Origin: Symbiobacterium thermophilum
GTDB taxonomy: Bacteria > Bacillota > Sulfobacillia > DYFQ01
DNA length: 64,000 bases
Assembly (NCBI GenBank): GCA_020725105.1
Contig: DYFQ01000006.1
Coordinates: 2,392 to 66,391 of the forward strand
Direction of reading: 5' to 3'
The notes below the pieces were generated by a model, which was given only the letters and a program-made list of their open reading frames with translations, was not told where the DNA came from and ran no database searches. Shown here in pieces: positions 10,100 to 20,004 of the stretch (position 1 is its first letter; every line of letters begins with the position of its first letter). The translations under genes and the position numbers were made by a program.

Positions 10100-10822
10100 A
10101 TGGCCCTGGTGGCGCTCATCGTCGGGCTCGCGCTGGGTTCCATCCCCACCGCCTGGCTCGCCGGCCGGGCCGGCGGCAGGAACGTGCTGGCCGAGGGCTC
10201 AGGCAACGTGGGCGCGGTCAACGTGGCCCGGACCGTGGGCGGCGGGCTTGGGCTGGCGCTGGGCCTGGCGACCGCCGGTCTCGACCTGGCCAAGGGCGCG
10301 GCCGCGGTGCTGCTGGCCCAGCGGCTCTCCGACGACCGGGCCGTCTGGTTCGTGGCGGCGCTGGCGGTGACCTTCGGTCACCAGCGGATGCTGTTCTTCC
10401 GCTTCCGCGCCGGCGGAAAGGGGCTCGCCACCTCGGCCGGCGCCGTGCTGGTGCTGGCTCCGGGGCTGGTCGGCCTGGTCGCGGCCATCATCGCCCTGGT
10501 GTGGATCCTCGTCCGCAACGTCTACGTGGGCGTGGTGGCCGGTTACTTCGCCGCGCCCATCATCCTGTTTCTCGCCCTGTCCGACCTCCAGTGGTTCGGA
10601 TTCAGCGCGGCGCTGGCGGCGATGGTGATCGCCCGTCACGTGCCCGACCTGAAGCGGTTCCTCGAAGCCCGCCTGGGGACCCCGGAGCCGGGGTTCGAGG
10701 CGGCACCCGAAGGGGGGGCGGCGCCCGAACCGGACCCGGTCGGGCCCAGCCCGGCGCCGGCAGCCGACCCCACGCCCGGCGAGCCGGACCGGCGGCCTCC
10801 GGCCGGCGGCGGTTCCGGCTAG
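10100..10822 (+). CDS. plsY: Glycerol-3-phosphate acyltransferase PlsY, with a Pro/Ala-rich C-terminal tail
   Basis: MALVALIVGLALGSIPTAWLAG...GSGNVGAVNVARTVG matches PlsY; divergent from comEC. Confidence 0.8.
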   Translation: MALVALIVGLALGSIPTAWLAGRAGGRNVLAEGSGNVGAVNVARTVGGGLGLALGLATAGLDLAKGAAAVLLAQRLSDDRAVWFVAALAVTFGHQRMLFFRFRAGGKGLATSAGAVLVLAPGLVGLVAAIIALVWILVRNVYVGVVAGYFAAPIILFLALSDLQWFGFSAALAAMVIARHVPDLKRFLEARLGTPEPGFEAAPEGGAAPEPDPVGPSPAPAADPTPGEPDRRPPAGGGSG

Positions 10823-12205
10823 CTAGGCCCGGACCCGGCGCTGGGCCGGGCCCCTCACCTTCCTGGTCACCCGCTCGCCGTCGTGGCTGAAGACGGTGAC
10901 CTTGTCACCCACGACGGTCTCCAGGTGGACCGGGCGGCCCCACAGCCGGTACACCGAGGGCAGGGTCCGCTCGGTGTACGTGGCGTCCAGTTCCCAGCCG
11001 TCGAAACAGTGGCGGAGATAGAGCTCGCCCGCCCGGTTGTAGTCGCCGTCCTCCACCACGATCACGGGATGGCCGCCGTTGGTCAGGCTCCTGACGATGC
11101 CGTCCCGCACCTGTTCCCAGGCGGTGGCCGAGACCTGCCACTGGTCGCCGACCTTGCGGTAGAGGTACAGGTCCAGTTCGGCCACGAGTTCGCGGGTCAG
11201 GTAGTTGCGGACCAGGGACACGTCGGTCTGGGTCTCGCGGACCTCCCACAGGTGGTCCGTACCGTAGCGCCGTTCGATGTCCTCGAGGAGCTTGAAGCCC
11301 AGGAGGTACGGGTTGAGCCGGTACCGGCCGCGTTGCAGGATGCCGGAGTGGAGCTTGGCGTACTCGACCGCCTCGGCGTCGGAGAGGTCGAGCCGGCGCA
11401 TGATGCGGGTGTGCGCCCAGGTGGCCCAGCCCTCGTTGCAGAGCTTGGTCTCGACCTGGGGCCAGAAGTACAGCATCTCGCCGCGCACGATGCCGACGAG
11501 GTCCCGCTGCCAGTCGTCGAGGTCGCGGGCGTGCTCGGCGATGAAGCGCAGGAGGTCCTTTTCGGGCCGCTCGGGAAGGCGCTTCGGGGCCGGGGGCGGG
11601 GGCTCCGGCGCCGGCTCCCCCAGGGTCAAGAGGTCTGCATAGGGAACGTCATCCTCCGGTGCGTGGCGCCCGCCGGACCTCGCCGCCGGGGCCGGCCCGT
11701 CGGGACGGGCGTAGGGGTCGATGTGCTCCTCGATGGCCAGCGCCGCGTCGAGGTACGTCTCAACCAGGTCCTTGCCGTACCGGAACTCGTAGCTCCGGAT
11801 GCGCTCGGCGGAGGCGGCCATGGTCTCCAGCATGAAGCGCGAGGTTCCCGCGAACCTGAAGTTGTGGCGGAAGAAGTCCGAGTGGCCGTAGACGTGGGCT
11901 GCCACCAGCTTCTGCTGAACCAGTGAGTTGCCCTCGAGCAAGAAGGCGTAGCAGGGGTCGGAGTTGATGACCAGTTCGTAGAGGCGCGAGAGGTTGTAGT
12001 CGTACTCGGTCTTCATCCGCCAGAAGGCCTTGCCCCGGCTCCAGTGCTGGAAGCGGGTGGGCATGCCGTAGGCCCCGATGGTGTACAGCACGTCGGCGGG
12101 GCAGATCTCGAACCGGACGGGGAAGCCGTCAAGTCCCAGGTCGCGGGCGACGCCGTCGATCTCGGCGATGGCCCGCTCCAGGCGGCCGGGCCCCCCGGGG
12201 CTCAC
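10823..12205 (-). CDS. spoVR: Stage V sporulation protein R (SpoVR family)
   Basis: 460 aa SpoVR-family sequence; third gene of the prkA-yhbH-spoVR cluster. Confidence 0.85.
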   Translation of the reverse strand: MSPGGPGRLERAIAEIDGVARDLGLDGFPVRFEICPADVLYTIGAYGMPTRFQHWSRGKAFWRMKTEYDYNLSRLYELVINSDPCYAFLLEGNSLVQQKLVAAHVYGHSDFFRHNFRFAGTSRFMLETMAASAERIRSYEFRYGKDLVETYLDAALAIEEHIDPYARPDGPAPAARSGGRHAPEDDVPYADLLTLGEPAPEPPPPAPKRLPERPEKDLLRFIAEHARDLDDWQRDLVGIVRGEMLYFWPQVETKLCNEGWATWAHTRIMRRLDLSDAEAVEYAKLHSGILQRGRYRLNPYLLGFKLLEDIERRYGTDHLWEVRETQTDVSLVRNYLTRELVAELDLYLYRKVGDQWQVSATAWEQVRDGIVRSLTNGGHPVIVVEDGDYNRAGELYLRHCFDGWELDATYTERTLPSVYRLWGRPVHLETVVGDKVTVFSHDGERVTRKVRGPAQRRVRA

Positions 12206-13371
12206 GCCGTTTGCCCCGGCTGGGCCGCCCCGCGGTCGGTGAAGAAGGCCCGCAGGGCCGGGTACACCTCCGACCGGTCCCGGATGACCACGCTGACAAA
12301 CCGCGGGTCCTTGACCTTCTGGTAAACGGACATCAGCGTCGAGCTGGACAGGTGGGCGTAGTGAGGGCTGACGATCTCCCCGTAACCCGCGGCGCTCGAC
12401 ACCTCGAGCAGTGCATGGATGAGTTCAACGCATCGGTCGTTGTCGGACGAGAGGTTGTCACCGTCGGAGAAGTGGAAGGGGTAGATGTTGAAATCCTCCG
12501 GTGGGAAGCGCTGGCCGATGATCTCCAGGGCCAGCCGGTACACCGACGAGCAGCGGGTCCCCCCCGACTCCCCCTTGGTGAAGAACTCCTGTTCCGTGAC
12601 TTCCCGGGCCTCGGTGTGGTGGGCCAGGAACACGATCTGGACGTTCTGGTACTTGGTCCTGAGAAACCGGACCATCCAGTAGAAGAAACTCCGGGCGATG
12701 TACTTCTCGAAGCTGCCCATCGAGCCCGAGGTGTCCATCATCGCCAGCACCGCGGCCTGCGACTCCCGCCGGATCTCCTCCTCCCAGGTGCGAAAGCGGA
12801 GGTCCTCGGGAGCCAGGGGCGTGAAGGAATTCCGGCCGGCCATGGCGTTCCTGCGGAGCGCCTCCAGGAGCGTGCGGCGCTTGTCCACGTTGGACATGAG
12901 GCCCGTCCGCCGGACGTCGCCAAAGCGCCAGGTGTCGGTGGGCAGGAGCGCCTCCTTCTTGCGCCGCAGGTTGGGCAGGCCCAGATCCTCGAAGATCAGT
13001 TCCTCCAGTTCCTCCAGGGTGACCTCGGTCTCGTAGTAGTCCACGCCCGGCTGCTCGCCGGCCCCGGGGCCCTGGCCAGGCCCCCGGCCCGCCCCGTCCC
13101 GGGCGATGATGTCGCCTACCTTTGACCCGCCCTGGCCCTGGCCGGCGTGCTCCCGCTGGCGGAAGTCGTACCTGAACCGGTACTCCTCCAGCGACCGGAT
13201 GGGGACCTTGAGCACCTTCTTGCCGTCGGACAGGATGATGGACTCCTCGGCCACGATGTCGGCGAGGTTCTTTCTGATGGCGTCCTTGATCTTTTCCTGG
13301 TGGCGCTGCTGGTCCAGCCGCCCTTTGCGGTAGAGCGACCAGTCCTCGTGGAAGACGGCGAAGCCGGCCAT
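12202..13371 (-). CDS. yhbH: YhbH-like sporulation protein (DUF444/UPF0229)
   Basis: MAGFAVFHEDWSLYRKGRLDQQRHQEKIKDAIRKNLADIV...; overlaps spoVR by 4 nt. Confidence 0.8.
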   Translation of the reverse strand: MAGFAVFHEDWSLYRKGRLDQQRHQEKIKDAIRKNLADIVAEESIILSDGKKVLKVPIRSLEEYRFRYDFRQREHAGQGQGGSKVGDIIARDGAGRGPGQGPGAGEQPGVDYYETEVTLEELEELIFEDLGLPNLRRKKEALLPTDTWRFGDVRRTGLMSNVDKRRTLLEALRRNAMAGRNSFTPLAPEDLRFRTWEEEIRRESQAAVLAMMDTSGSMGSFEKYIARSFFYWMVRFLRTKYQNVQIVFLAHHTEAREVTEQEFFTKGESGGTRCSSVYRLALEIIGQRFPPEDFNIYPFHFSDGDNLSSDNDRCVELIHALLEVSSAAGYGEIVSPHYAHLSSSTLMSVYQKVKDPRFVSVVIRDRSEVYPALRAFFTDRGAAQPGQTA

Positions 13372-13389
13372 GGCTCAAGCCCCCCGGGC

Positions 13390-15288
13390 CTAGCGTGAGA
13401 GCAGGGCCGAAGTGTACCTCAGCAGTTCGTTGGCGCAGACCTCGCAATGGCCGTAGTCGTCGATCAGGCGCCGGATGACCTCGTTGACCTTCTTCAGTTG
13501 CTCCGGGTCGGGCGTCTTGGTGGACGCGGTGATCCGGATGATGTCTTTGACGTCGGTGAAGAGCTTCTTCTCGATGGCTTCCCTCAGCCGTTCGTGGGTG
13601 GTGTAATCGAAGGTCTTGCCCCGGCGGGCGTGGGAGGAGATGCGGATGAGAATTTCCTCCCGGAAAGCCCGCTTCTGGTTTTCCGCCACTCCGATCTGCT
13701 CCTCGATGCAGCGCATGAGCTTCTCGTCGGGTTCCAGTTCCTCTCCGGTGACGGGATCGCGAACCCGGTGCTGGTTGCAGTAGGCCTCGATGTGATCCAG
13801 GTAGTTGTCAAACAGCGTTCTGGCCGACGACTCGAAGGAGTAGACAAAAGCTTTCTGCACTTCCTTCTTGGCCAGTTCGTCGTACTGGCGCCGGGCCTCG
13901 GCGATGAAGTTCAAGAGGCGCTCCCGGTCCTCGCGGGTGATGGAGGGGTGCTGGTCGAGCCCGTCCCTGAGCGCCCGGAGGATGTCCAGGGCGTTCATGC
14001 ACCTGATCTTCTCCTGGATGAGGGCGGAACTGATGCGGTTGATGACGTAGCGGGGGTCGACACCGGACATGCCCTCGTCCGGGTGCTCGGCCCTGAGTTC
14101 CTCCACGTCCTTTTGCTTGAACCCCTCCACGTCCTCGCCGTCGTAGAGCTTGAGCTTCTTCACCAGGTCCATCCCCTGGCGCCGGGACTCCTTGAGCCGG
14201 GTCAGGATGGAGAAGGTGGCCGCCGTCCGGAGCGCGTGGGGCGCGATGTGCACGTCGGTCAGGTCCGCCTGGCGGATGAGCTTCTCGTAGATCTTGACTT
14301 CCTCGGAGACCTTCAGGTTGTAGGGGATGGGCATCACCAGGATCCGCGACTGCAGCGCCTCGTTTCGCTTGTCCGCGATGAAGTTGCGGAACTCGGTCTC
14401 GTTGGTGTGGGCGATGACAACCTCGTCGGCGTAGATGAGGGCGAACCGGCCGGCCTTGAACTGCCCCTCCTGCGACAGGGTGAGCAGGTTGTAGAGGAAC
14501 TTCTGGTCGGCCTTCAACATCTCCACGAATTCCATGAGCCCCCGGTTGGCCCGGTTCAGTTCCCCGTCGAACCGGTAGGCGCGGGGGTCTGACTCCGAGC
14601 CGTACTCGGTGAGGGTGGAGAAATCGATGGAGCCGGTGAGATCGGTGATGTCCTGGCTCTTGGGGTCGGACGGCGAAAACGTGCCGATCCCGATCCGGTC
14701 CTGCTCCGAGAAGCAGATCCGGCGAACCTGGACCTCCCCGATGTTTCCCCCGTAGCGCTCCCGGAGCATGAGCCGACAGGAAGGGCACAGGTCACCCTCC
14801 ACGTAGATGCCGTACTGCTCCCGGAACTCCCGGCGAAGCCCGTGGGGCAAGAGGTGCAGCGGTTCCTCGAACATGGGGCAGCCGGCGATGGCGTAAACCG
14901 CCCCCTCGGGCGTCCGGGTGTACCGCTCCAGGCCGCGCTTCAGCAGGGTGACGATGGTGGACTTGCCGCCCGAGACCGGGCCCATCAGGAGCAGGATCCG
15001 CTTCCTGACGTCCAGGCGCTTGGCCGCGGCGTGGAAGTACTCCTCCACCAGCCGGTCCAGGGCCCGGTCGAGCCCGAAAAGCTCGCGGGCAAAGAAGTTG
15101 TAGCGCCTGGTCCCGTCCTCCAGGACCTCGACGCCCTCGGACACGACCATGTCGTAAATCCTGGCGTGGGCCAGGCGGGCCACCGCCGGGCGGCGGACCA
15201 CGATTTCCAGGTAATCCTCAAAGGTACCCTCCCAGCGGAGGCTCTCTTCTTCTCGGCGGTGTTGCTCTAGCCGTCTGAGAAACTCCAC
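13390..15288 (-). CDS. prkA: PrkA serine protein kinase (AAA+ ATPase domain)
   Basis: 632 aa; Walker A LLLMGPVSGGKST; GTG start preceded by GAGGAGG. Confidence 0.9.
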   Translation of the reverse strand: MEFLRRLEQHRREEESLRWEGTFEDYLEIVVRRPAVARLAHARIYDMVVSEGVEVLEDGTRRYNFFARELFGLDRALDRLVEEYFHAAAKRLDVRKRILLLMGPVSGGKSTIVTLLKRGLERYTRTPEGAVYAIAGCPMFEEPLHLLPHGLRREFREQYGIYVEGDLCPSCRLMLRERYGGNIGEVQVRRICFSEQDRIGIGTFSPSDPKSQDITDLTGSIDFSTLTEYGSESDPRAYRFDGELNRANRGLMEFVEMLKADQKFLYNLLTLSQEGQFKAGRFALIYADEVVIAHTNETEFRNFIADKRNEALQSRILVMPIPYNLKVSEEVKIYEKLIRQADLTDVHIAPHALRTAATFSILTRLKESRRQGMDLVKKLKLYDGEDVEGFKQKDVEELRAEHPDEGMSGVDPRYVINRISSALIQEKIRCMNALDILRALRDGLDQHPSITREDRERLLNFIAEARRQYDELAKKEVQKAFVYSFESSARTLFDNYLDHIEAYCNQHRVRDPVTGEELEPDEKLMRCIEEQIGVAENQKRAFREEILIRISSHARRGKTFDYTTHERLREAIEKKLFTDVKDIIRITASTKTPDPEQLKKVNEVIRRLIDDYGHCEVCANELLRYTSALLSR

Positions 15289-15524
15289 GGGGACCTCCTC
15301 CAGCGCCCGGGCCCCGGACGAGGCCGCTCGTTCACAGCTGCTGGCGAGTGGGTGTCACCATGTATATGGGCCGCGGCCGGCCGCAATCACCGTTTGGCCA
15401 GCCCAGGGCAGGTCCCAGGCTGGTGTAATTTAGCGTATGCCACAGGTCGGGGGGCGGACCGCCCGCAGGATCTCGACAGCCAGCGGCGCGGCCGTCGACC
15501 CCCCGCGGCCGGGGAGGATTCCAC

Positions 15525-15660
15525 CCCGGCGGTACGAATGGCGTCACCGTCGGCCTGGTCTTCCAGAACCCCGACAGCCAGATCGTGGCCACCATCGTCA
15601 CCTACGCCGTGGCCGTCCCGTGGAAGCGGGTCGCCGCGGCCAGGCCCAAGGCGGCCCGGG
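15525..15660 (+). pseudogene. Relic of an ECF-transporter ATPase (EcfA/CbiO) gene, Q-loop region only
   Basis: One plus-strand frame reads GTNGVTVGLVFQNPDSQIVATIV, a near-perfect match to the EcfA signature V-G-M/L-V-F-Q-N-P-D-N/S-Q. No intact flanking ORF; it lies inside the 408-nt prkA/comEA intergenic region. Confidence 0.35.
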
Positions 15661-15696
15661 TGTAGGACGGCGGGCGGGGGTCGGAAGCAAAAGGAG

Positions 15697-16515
15697 CTAG
15701 TGGACGGTGACGTACGGCCGCAACTCTTCCAGCTTCCGGTCACCGATCCCGGACACGCCCTTGAGGTCCTCGACGGCGCGGAAAGGTCCGTGGGCCTGCC
15801 GGTAGGCCACGATCCGCCGGGCCAGGGTGGAGCCGATACCGGGCAGGGTCTCCAGGAGCGCCTGGTCCGCGGTGTTCACGTTCACCCGCGGCGTCGCGGA
15901 GGGCGAACCGCCCGGGTCCACAGGGCCGGAGCGGCCCCAGGTCACCCCGGCGGTCTGGACCTCCTTGCGGGTGGGGATGGCGAGCTGTTGCCCGTCGGAG
16001 ACGGGGGCGGCCAGGTTGACCGCCTCGAGGGCCGCCTCGTCGGTAGGTCCGCCGGCCAGGGCGAGAGCGTCCACCGCCCGCCTGCCGGCCGCCAGCACGT
16101 AAACCCCCGGCCGCTGGACGGCGCCCACCACGTGCACCACCACAGCGCCCGCGGGCCGCACGTCGCCCGCGGGGTACGGCCCCTCGGCCACGGCCGCGTC
16201 CGGGCCGGCGTCTCCGGCGGCCGGGGCGCCACTGCCACTGCCGGTCCCGCCGGCCTCCGGCGGCCTGGCCACGGGGTCGGGTTCATCTTCCTCGCCCGCC
16301 CCGGGGCCGGGGCCGGCCCGTCGCGCCAGCCCGCCCAGTTGCAGGAGTAACCCCGCCGCCCGGTCGGCCGCGACGGAAAGGCCAGGCTCCTCTCCCACCT
16401 GGCGCCGGACCAGGCGGTCGGCCTCCACTGCCTGCCACCAGACCAGGCCTCCCCCGGCCAGGATGGCAGCCACGATCAGCAGGCCGAGCCAGCGCTCGAC
16501 CCGTCCCCACTCCAT
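15697..16515 (-). CDS. comEA: Competence protein ComEA (SLBB domain + tandem helix-hairpin-helix)
   Basis: N-terminal TM, SLBB-like GVYVLAAGRRAVDALALAGGP, C-terminal VNVNTADQALLETLPGIGSTLARRIVAYRQAHGPF. Confidence 0.8.
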   Translation of the reverse strand: MEWGRVERWLGLLIVAAILAGGGLVWWQAVEADRLVRRQVGEEPGLSVAADRAAGLLLQLGGLARRAGPGPGAGEEDEPDPVARPPEAGGTGSGSGAPAAGDAGPDAAVAEGPYPAGDVRPAGAVVVHVVGAVQRPGVYVLAAGRRAVDALALAGGPTDEAALEAVNLAAPVSDGQQLAIPTRKEVQTAGVTWGRSGPVDPGGSPSATPRVNVNTADQALLETLPGIGSTLARRIVAYRQAHGPFRAVEDLKGVSGIGDRKLEELRPYVTVH

Positions 16516-16601
16516 CCCGCCTCACCCCACCCGAAACGGGGTTCGGCGACTGGCAGGTATTTCCTGCGCGGTCGGGGCTACCGGAAGCTACGGTACCGCC
16601 G

Positions 16602-19115
16602 TCAGCGGGCGACCAGGTTTACCAGGCGGTCGGGTACCGTTACCACCTGGACCACGGACTTCCCGCGAAGGTAGGCTGAAACCCGCTCCCGCTCCCGGGC
16701 GAGCCGGACCAGGTCAGACTCGCTGGTCCCCGCGGCGACGGTCATCCGGTCGCGCACCCTGCCGTTCACCTGGATGACCACGGTGACCTCCTCGGCCCGG
16801 ACCAGGTCGGGGTCGGCCTGGGGCCAGGCCTGCCGGTGCGCGCTCTCGGTGTGCCCCAGGGCGGCCCAGGCCTCCTCGGCCAGGTGGGGCACGAACGGCG
16901 CCAGACAGCGCAACAGGATCTCCAGACCCTCCCGGAGCGCCGCCGGGTCCTGCCGGCCGGCCGGCACCCGCTCCCGGTAGTGATAGAGGGCGTTGGTCAT
17001 TTCCATGAGCGCCGAGACGGCGGTGTTGAAGTTGTACCGCTCGGCTATGTCGTTGGTGGCCTTGGCCAGGGCCCGGTGAACCTGCCGCCGCAGGGCCACG
17101 GTCTCCTCGCCGGCGCCGGGAGCGTCCGGGCCGGCGGGCGGTCCGGCAACCCCGGCGGCGGTCACGACGGGCCGGCAAGCCTGAACCAGGCGCCAGACCC
17201 GTTGCAGGTAGCGGTGCATGGGCTCCACGGCGTCCACCCCGGTGGCCGGCCAGTCCCAGCCCTGCTCGGGCGGGGCGGCAAACAGGATGAACAGCCGCAG
17301 CGCGTCAGCCCCGTATTTCTCGACGATCTCGTCGGGCGGGACCACGTTGCCCCGGGACTTGGACATCACCTGGCCCTCTTTGGTGACCATGCCCTGGGTC
17401 AGCAGGCGCCGGAACGGTTCCTGAAACCTGACCAGCCCCGCGTCGTGAAGCACCTTGACGAAGAACCGGCTGTACAGCAGGTGAAGCACCGCGTGCTCGA
17501 TGCCGCCGGTATACTGGTGGACCGGCATCCAGTAGCTCACCTCGGCCGGGTCAAACGGGCCGTCCATGGCTTTCGGCGAGCAGAACCTCAGGTAGTACCA
17601 GGACGAGTCCACGAAGGTGTCCATGGTGTCGGTCTCCCGGCGCGCCGGGCGGCCGCAGTGAGGGCACGAAGTCTGAACGAAGTCGGGGGCCGTCTCCAGC
17701 GGCGACATCCCGCGCGGCCGGATGTCCACCTCCGGCGGCAGCAGCACCGGCAGCCGGTCCTCAGGCACCGGCACCACCCCGCACTCCCGGCAGTAGACGA
17801 TGGGAATCGGGGCGCCCCAGTACCGCTGCCGCGACACCAGCCAGTCCCGGAGCCGGTAGCTGGTGGCCCGCCGGCCGAGCCCGTGACGCTCCAGGTAGTC
17901 GGCGACAGCCTCGCGGCCTGCGGCCGACGGCATGCCGTCAAAGGAACCGGAATTGACCATGATCCCCTCGCCGTCGTAGGCCTCGGTCATGGTTTCGGCG
18001 TCCAGGGTCACCCCGGGGGGCTGGATGACCACCCGCACCGGCAGGCCATACTGGCGGGCGAAGTCCAGGTCGCGCTGGTCGTGGGCGGGCACGGCCTGGA
18101 TGGCGCCGGTCCCGTACTCCATGAGCACGTAGTTGGCGACCCAGATGGGGATCGGCTCGCCGGTCATCGGGTTCGTGGCATAACCGCCGGTGAACACGCC
18201 TTCTTTGGCCACCTGATCACCGGCCCGCTCCTCGGCTCCCAGCCTGGCCGTGCGCTCGACAAACTCTTCCACCGCCGCTTCCTGGGCCGTTCCCTTCGCC
18301 AGCCGCAGCACAAGCGGATGTTCGGGCGCCAGTACCATGAAGGTGGCCCCGTAGACCGTGTCGTGCCGGGTGGTGAAGACGGTCAGGCGCTCATCGGTTC
18401 CCTGAACGGCAAAGTGGATCTCGGCCCCGTGGGACCGGCCGATCCAGTGCTCCTGCATGGCCCTGACCCGCTCGGGCCAGCCCTCCAGGAGCTTCAGGTC
18501 GTCCAGCAACCGGTCGGCGTAGGCGGTGATCCGGAAAAACCACTGTTCCAGGTCCTTCCTGGTCACGGGGGACTCGCAGCGCCAGCAGCGCCCGGCCACC
18601 ACCTGCTCGTTGGCCAGCACCGTCTGGCACTCGGGACACCAGTTGACGGGGGCCTGTTTTCTGTAGGCCAGCCCCCGGCGGTACAGGAACAAGAACAGCC
18701 ACTGGGTCCACCGGTAGTAGTCCGGCGACGAGCAGGTGACCTCCCGCTCCCAGTCGTAGGAGAAGCCCATTCGCTTGAGTTGCCGGCGCATGTTGGCGAT
18801 GTTGGCCTCGGTCCACCGGGCCGGGTGGACGCCCCGCTGGATGGCGGCGTTCTCGGCCGGCAGGCCGAAGGAGTCCCAGCCCATGGGGTGCAGCACGTTG
18901 TAACCCCGCATCCGGTAGAACCGGGCGATCACGTCGCCGATGGAATAGTTGCGGATGTGGCCCATGTGCAGGTCGCCGGAGGGATACGGGTACATCTCCA
19001 GGGCGTAGAAGGGGGGCCGCGTCGGGTCGACCTGGACCTGGTCCAGGCCGTCCGACTCCCATCGGGCCTGCCATCTGGTCTCGACTGCCTGGGGATCGTA
19101 GCGGTCCTCGGCCAT
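16602..19115 (-). CDS. leuS: Leucine--tRNA ligase
   Basis: Class I LeuS with HMGH and KMSKS motifs. True start is MAEDRYDPQAVETRWQ at ~19115; the track ORF extends over the leader and tRNA to 19289. Confidence 0.9.
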   Translation of the reverse strand: MAEDRYDPQAVETRWQARWESDGLDQVQVDPTRPPFYALEMYPYPSGDLHMGHIRNYSIGDVIARFYRMRGYNVLHPMGWDSFGLPAENAAIQRGVHPARWTEANIANMRRQLKRMGFSYDWEREVTCSSPDYYRWTQWLFLFLYRRGLAYRKQAPVNWCPECQTVLANEQVVAGRCWRCESPVTRKDLEQWFFRITAYADRLLDDLKLLEGWPERVRAMQEHWIGRSHGAEIHFAVQGTDERLTVFTTRHDTVYGATFMVLAPEHPLVLRLAKGTAQEAAVEEFVERTARLGAEERAGDQVAKEGVFTGGYATNPMTGEPIPIWVANYVLMEYGTGAIQAVPAHDQRDLDFARQYGLPVRVVIQPPGVTLDAETMTEAYDGEGIMVNSGSFDGMPSAAGREAVADYLERHGLGRRATSYRLRDWLVSRQRYWGAPIPIVYCRECGVVPVPEDRLPVLLPPEVDIRPRGMSPLETAPDFVQTSCPHCGRPARRETDTMDTFVDSSWYYLRFCSPKAMDGPFDPAEVSYWMPVHQYTGGIEHAVLHLLYSRFFVKVLHDAGLVRFQEPFRRLLTQGMVTKEGQVMSKSRGNVVPPDEIVEKYGADALRLFILFAAPPEQGWDWPATGVDAVEPMHRYLQRVWRLVQACRPVVTAAGVAGPPAGPDAPGAGEETVALRRQVHRALAKATNDIAERYNFNTAVSALMEMTNALYHYRERVPAGRQDPAALREGLEILLRCLAPFVPHLAEEAWAALGHTESAHRQAWPQADPDLVRAEEVTVVIQVNGRVRDRMTVAAGTSESDLVRLARERERVSAYLRGKSVVQVVTVPDRLVNLVAR

Positions 19116-19241
19116 CAACGCGATGCCTCCTCCGTGGCGGTGCACGGCTGCGAAAGGGCCAGCAAACGGAAGCGCCTCCCGCCCCGGCTGGGGACGGGAG
19201 GCTGCCCGCGGTACCACCCCGATTGATAAAGCCACCGTTAC
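19116..19241 (-). promoter_or_regulatory. T-box riboswitch 3' portion (T-box sequence plus terminator/antiterminator) in the leuS leader
   Basis: mRNA reads AAUCGGGGUGGUACCGCGGG (plus strand cgcggtaccacc at 19207-19218), followed by the hairpin CCUCCCGUCCCCAGCCGGGGCGGGAGG (19175-19202) and a U-containing tract. Only 22 nt separate it from the tRNA-Ala 3' end, so no Stem I fits between them. Confidence 0.6.
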
Positions 19242-19316
<75 letters not shown>

Positions 19317-19574
19317 GAGCGACCTTATCCGCTCGAACCCGCTAACGCCGGGCTGGGCGGCTGGCGCTACCGGGCCGTGACGACCCCTGGCGCCATCGGC
19401 TCGCGGGCGAGTTCAGCCCGACCGTCCCCACCGGCCTCGCACCTTCCGGCCGGCTCTCTTCGGGGGGATCCGGACCTACTGCTCCCGCGCATCGCCGTTG
19501 GTTTTCCGGCCCGCACCGGAGCCCGGCGGCATCCGCGCGCCAGTCCGGCTGGCCGGCTGGGTTTCCGGCAACTC

Positions 19575-19604
19575 ATTATAGGCGAGGCTTTTCTGGAGTG
19601 TCAA
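19575..19604 (-). promoter_or_regulatory. Sigma-A-type promoter TTGACA-18-TATAAT firing toward tRNA-Ala/leuS
   Basis: Minus strand reads cTTGACActccagaaaagcctcgccTATAATgag. The predicted TSS is ~250 nt upstream of the mature tRNA-Ala 5' end. Confidence 0.4.
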
Positions 19605-19641
19605 GGCAAGCCGGCCCGCCTGAAACGGCTGCCCGGAAGCG

Positions 19642-20004
19642 TCACGCCAGGTGTGCGGGACGCCCGGCCGGGCGGTTCCGTTCCCGGTCGATGTCGACGG
19701 TGACGGCGTCGCCCCACAACCGTTCGAGGGCGTAGAACTCGCGAGCCTGAGGCTGGAAGATGTGGGTCACGAGGCCACCGTAGTCCAGCACGACCCACGA
19801 TCCGGCGACGTAGCCTTCGCGGTGTCTCGGCTGGGCACCGGCCGCCGCCAGGCGCGCCTCGACCTCTTCGGCCACCGCCTGGACGTGCGGCCGCGAAACA
19901 CCGGTGCAGATGAGGAAGTAGTCGGTAACCAGGGTCACTTCATGCATGTCCAGCAGCACCACGTCCTGGGCTTTCCGGTCGATCACCGCCTCCACCGCCA
20001 GCAT
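19642..20004 (-). CDS. rsfS: Ribosomal silencing factor RsfS (Iojap family)
   Basis: LAVEAVIDRKAQDVVLLDMHEVTLVTDYFLICTGVSRPHVQAVAEEV is the canonical RsfS core. The start is uncertain: the track ORF extends to 20112 with a low-complexity N-terminus. Confidence 0.7.
   Translation of the reverse strand: MLAVEAVIDRKAQDVVLLDMHEVTLVTDYFLICTGVSRPHVQAVAEEVEARLAAAGAQPRHREGYVAGSWVVLDYGGLVTHIFQPQAREFYALERLWGDAVTVDIDRERNRPAGRPAHLA

Noticed and set aside
7359-10890. Several long plus-strand ORFs (7359..8759, 9123..10370, 9337..10890) and the minus ORF 7393..8568
   Set aside because: Overlap the ComEC coding region in wrong frames or on the wrong strand; extreme Arg/Gly/Pro composition.
15289-15400. Sigma-E-type promoter upstream of prkA
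   Set aside because: CATATACA is present, but I could not align a convincing -35 (ATATT) at the right spacing by eye; left uncalled.
16836-19226. 796-aa plus-strand ORF
   Set aside because: Lies entirely antisense to leuS; no domain-like sequence.
19223-19241. GUAACGG just 3' of tRNA-Ala as a possible T-box F-box
   Set aside because: The F-box consensus is CCGUUA on the mRNA; what is present is its reverse complement, so it cannot function as the F-box.
19317-19570. Possibility that the 250-nt leader is SRP RNA, RNase P RNA or tmRNA
   Set aside because: Only a partial AGGUCCGGA match to the SRP domain IV consensus; the conserved RNase P motifs (GGAAAGUCCGG...ACAGAAUCCGGCUUA) and tmRNA tRNA-like termini are absent. 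Left as an unexplained structured leader, see the finding.
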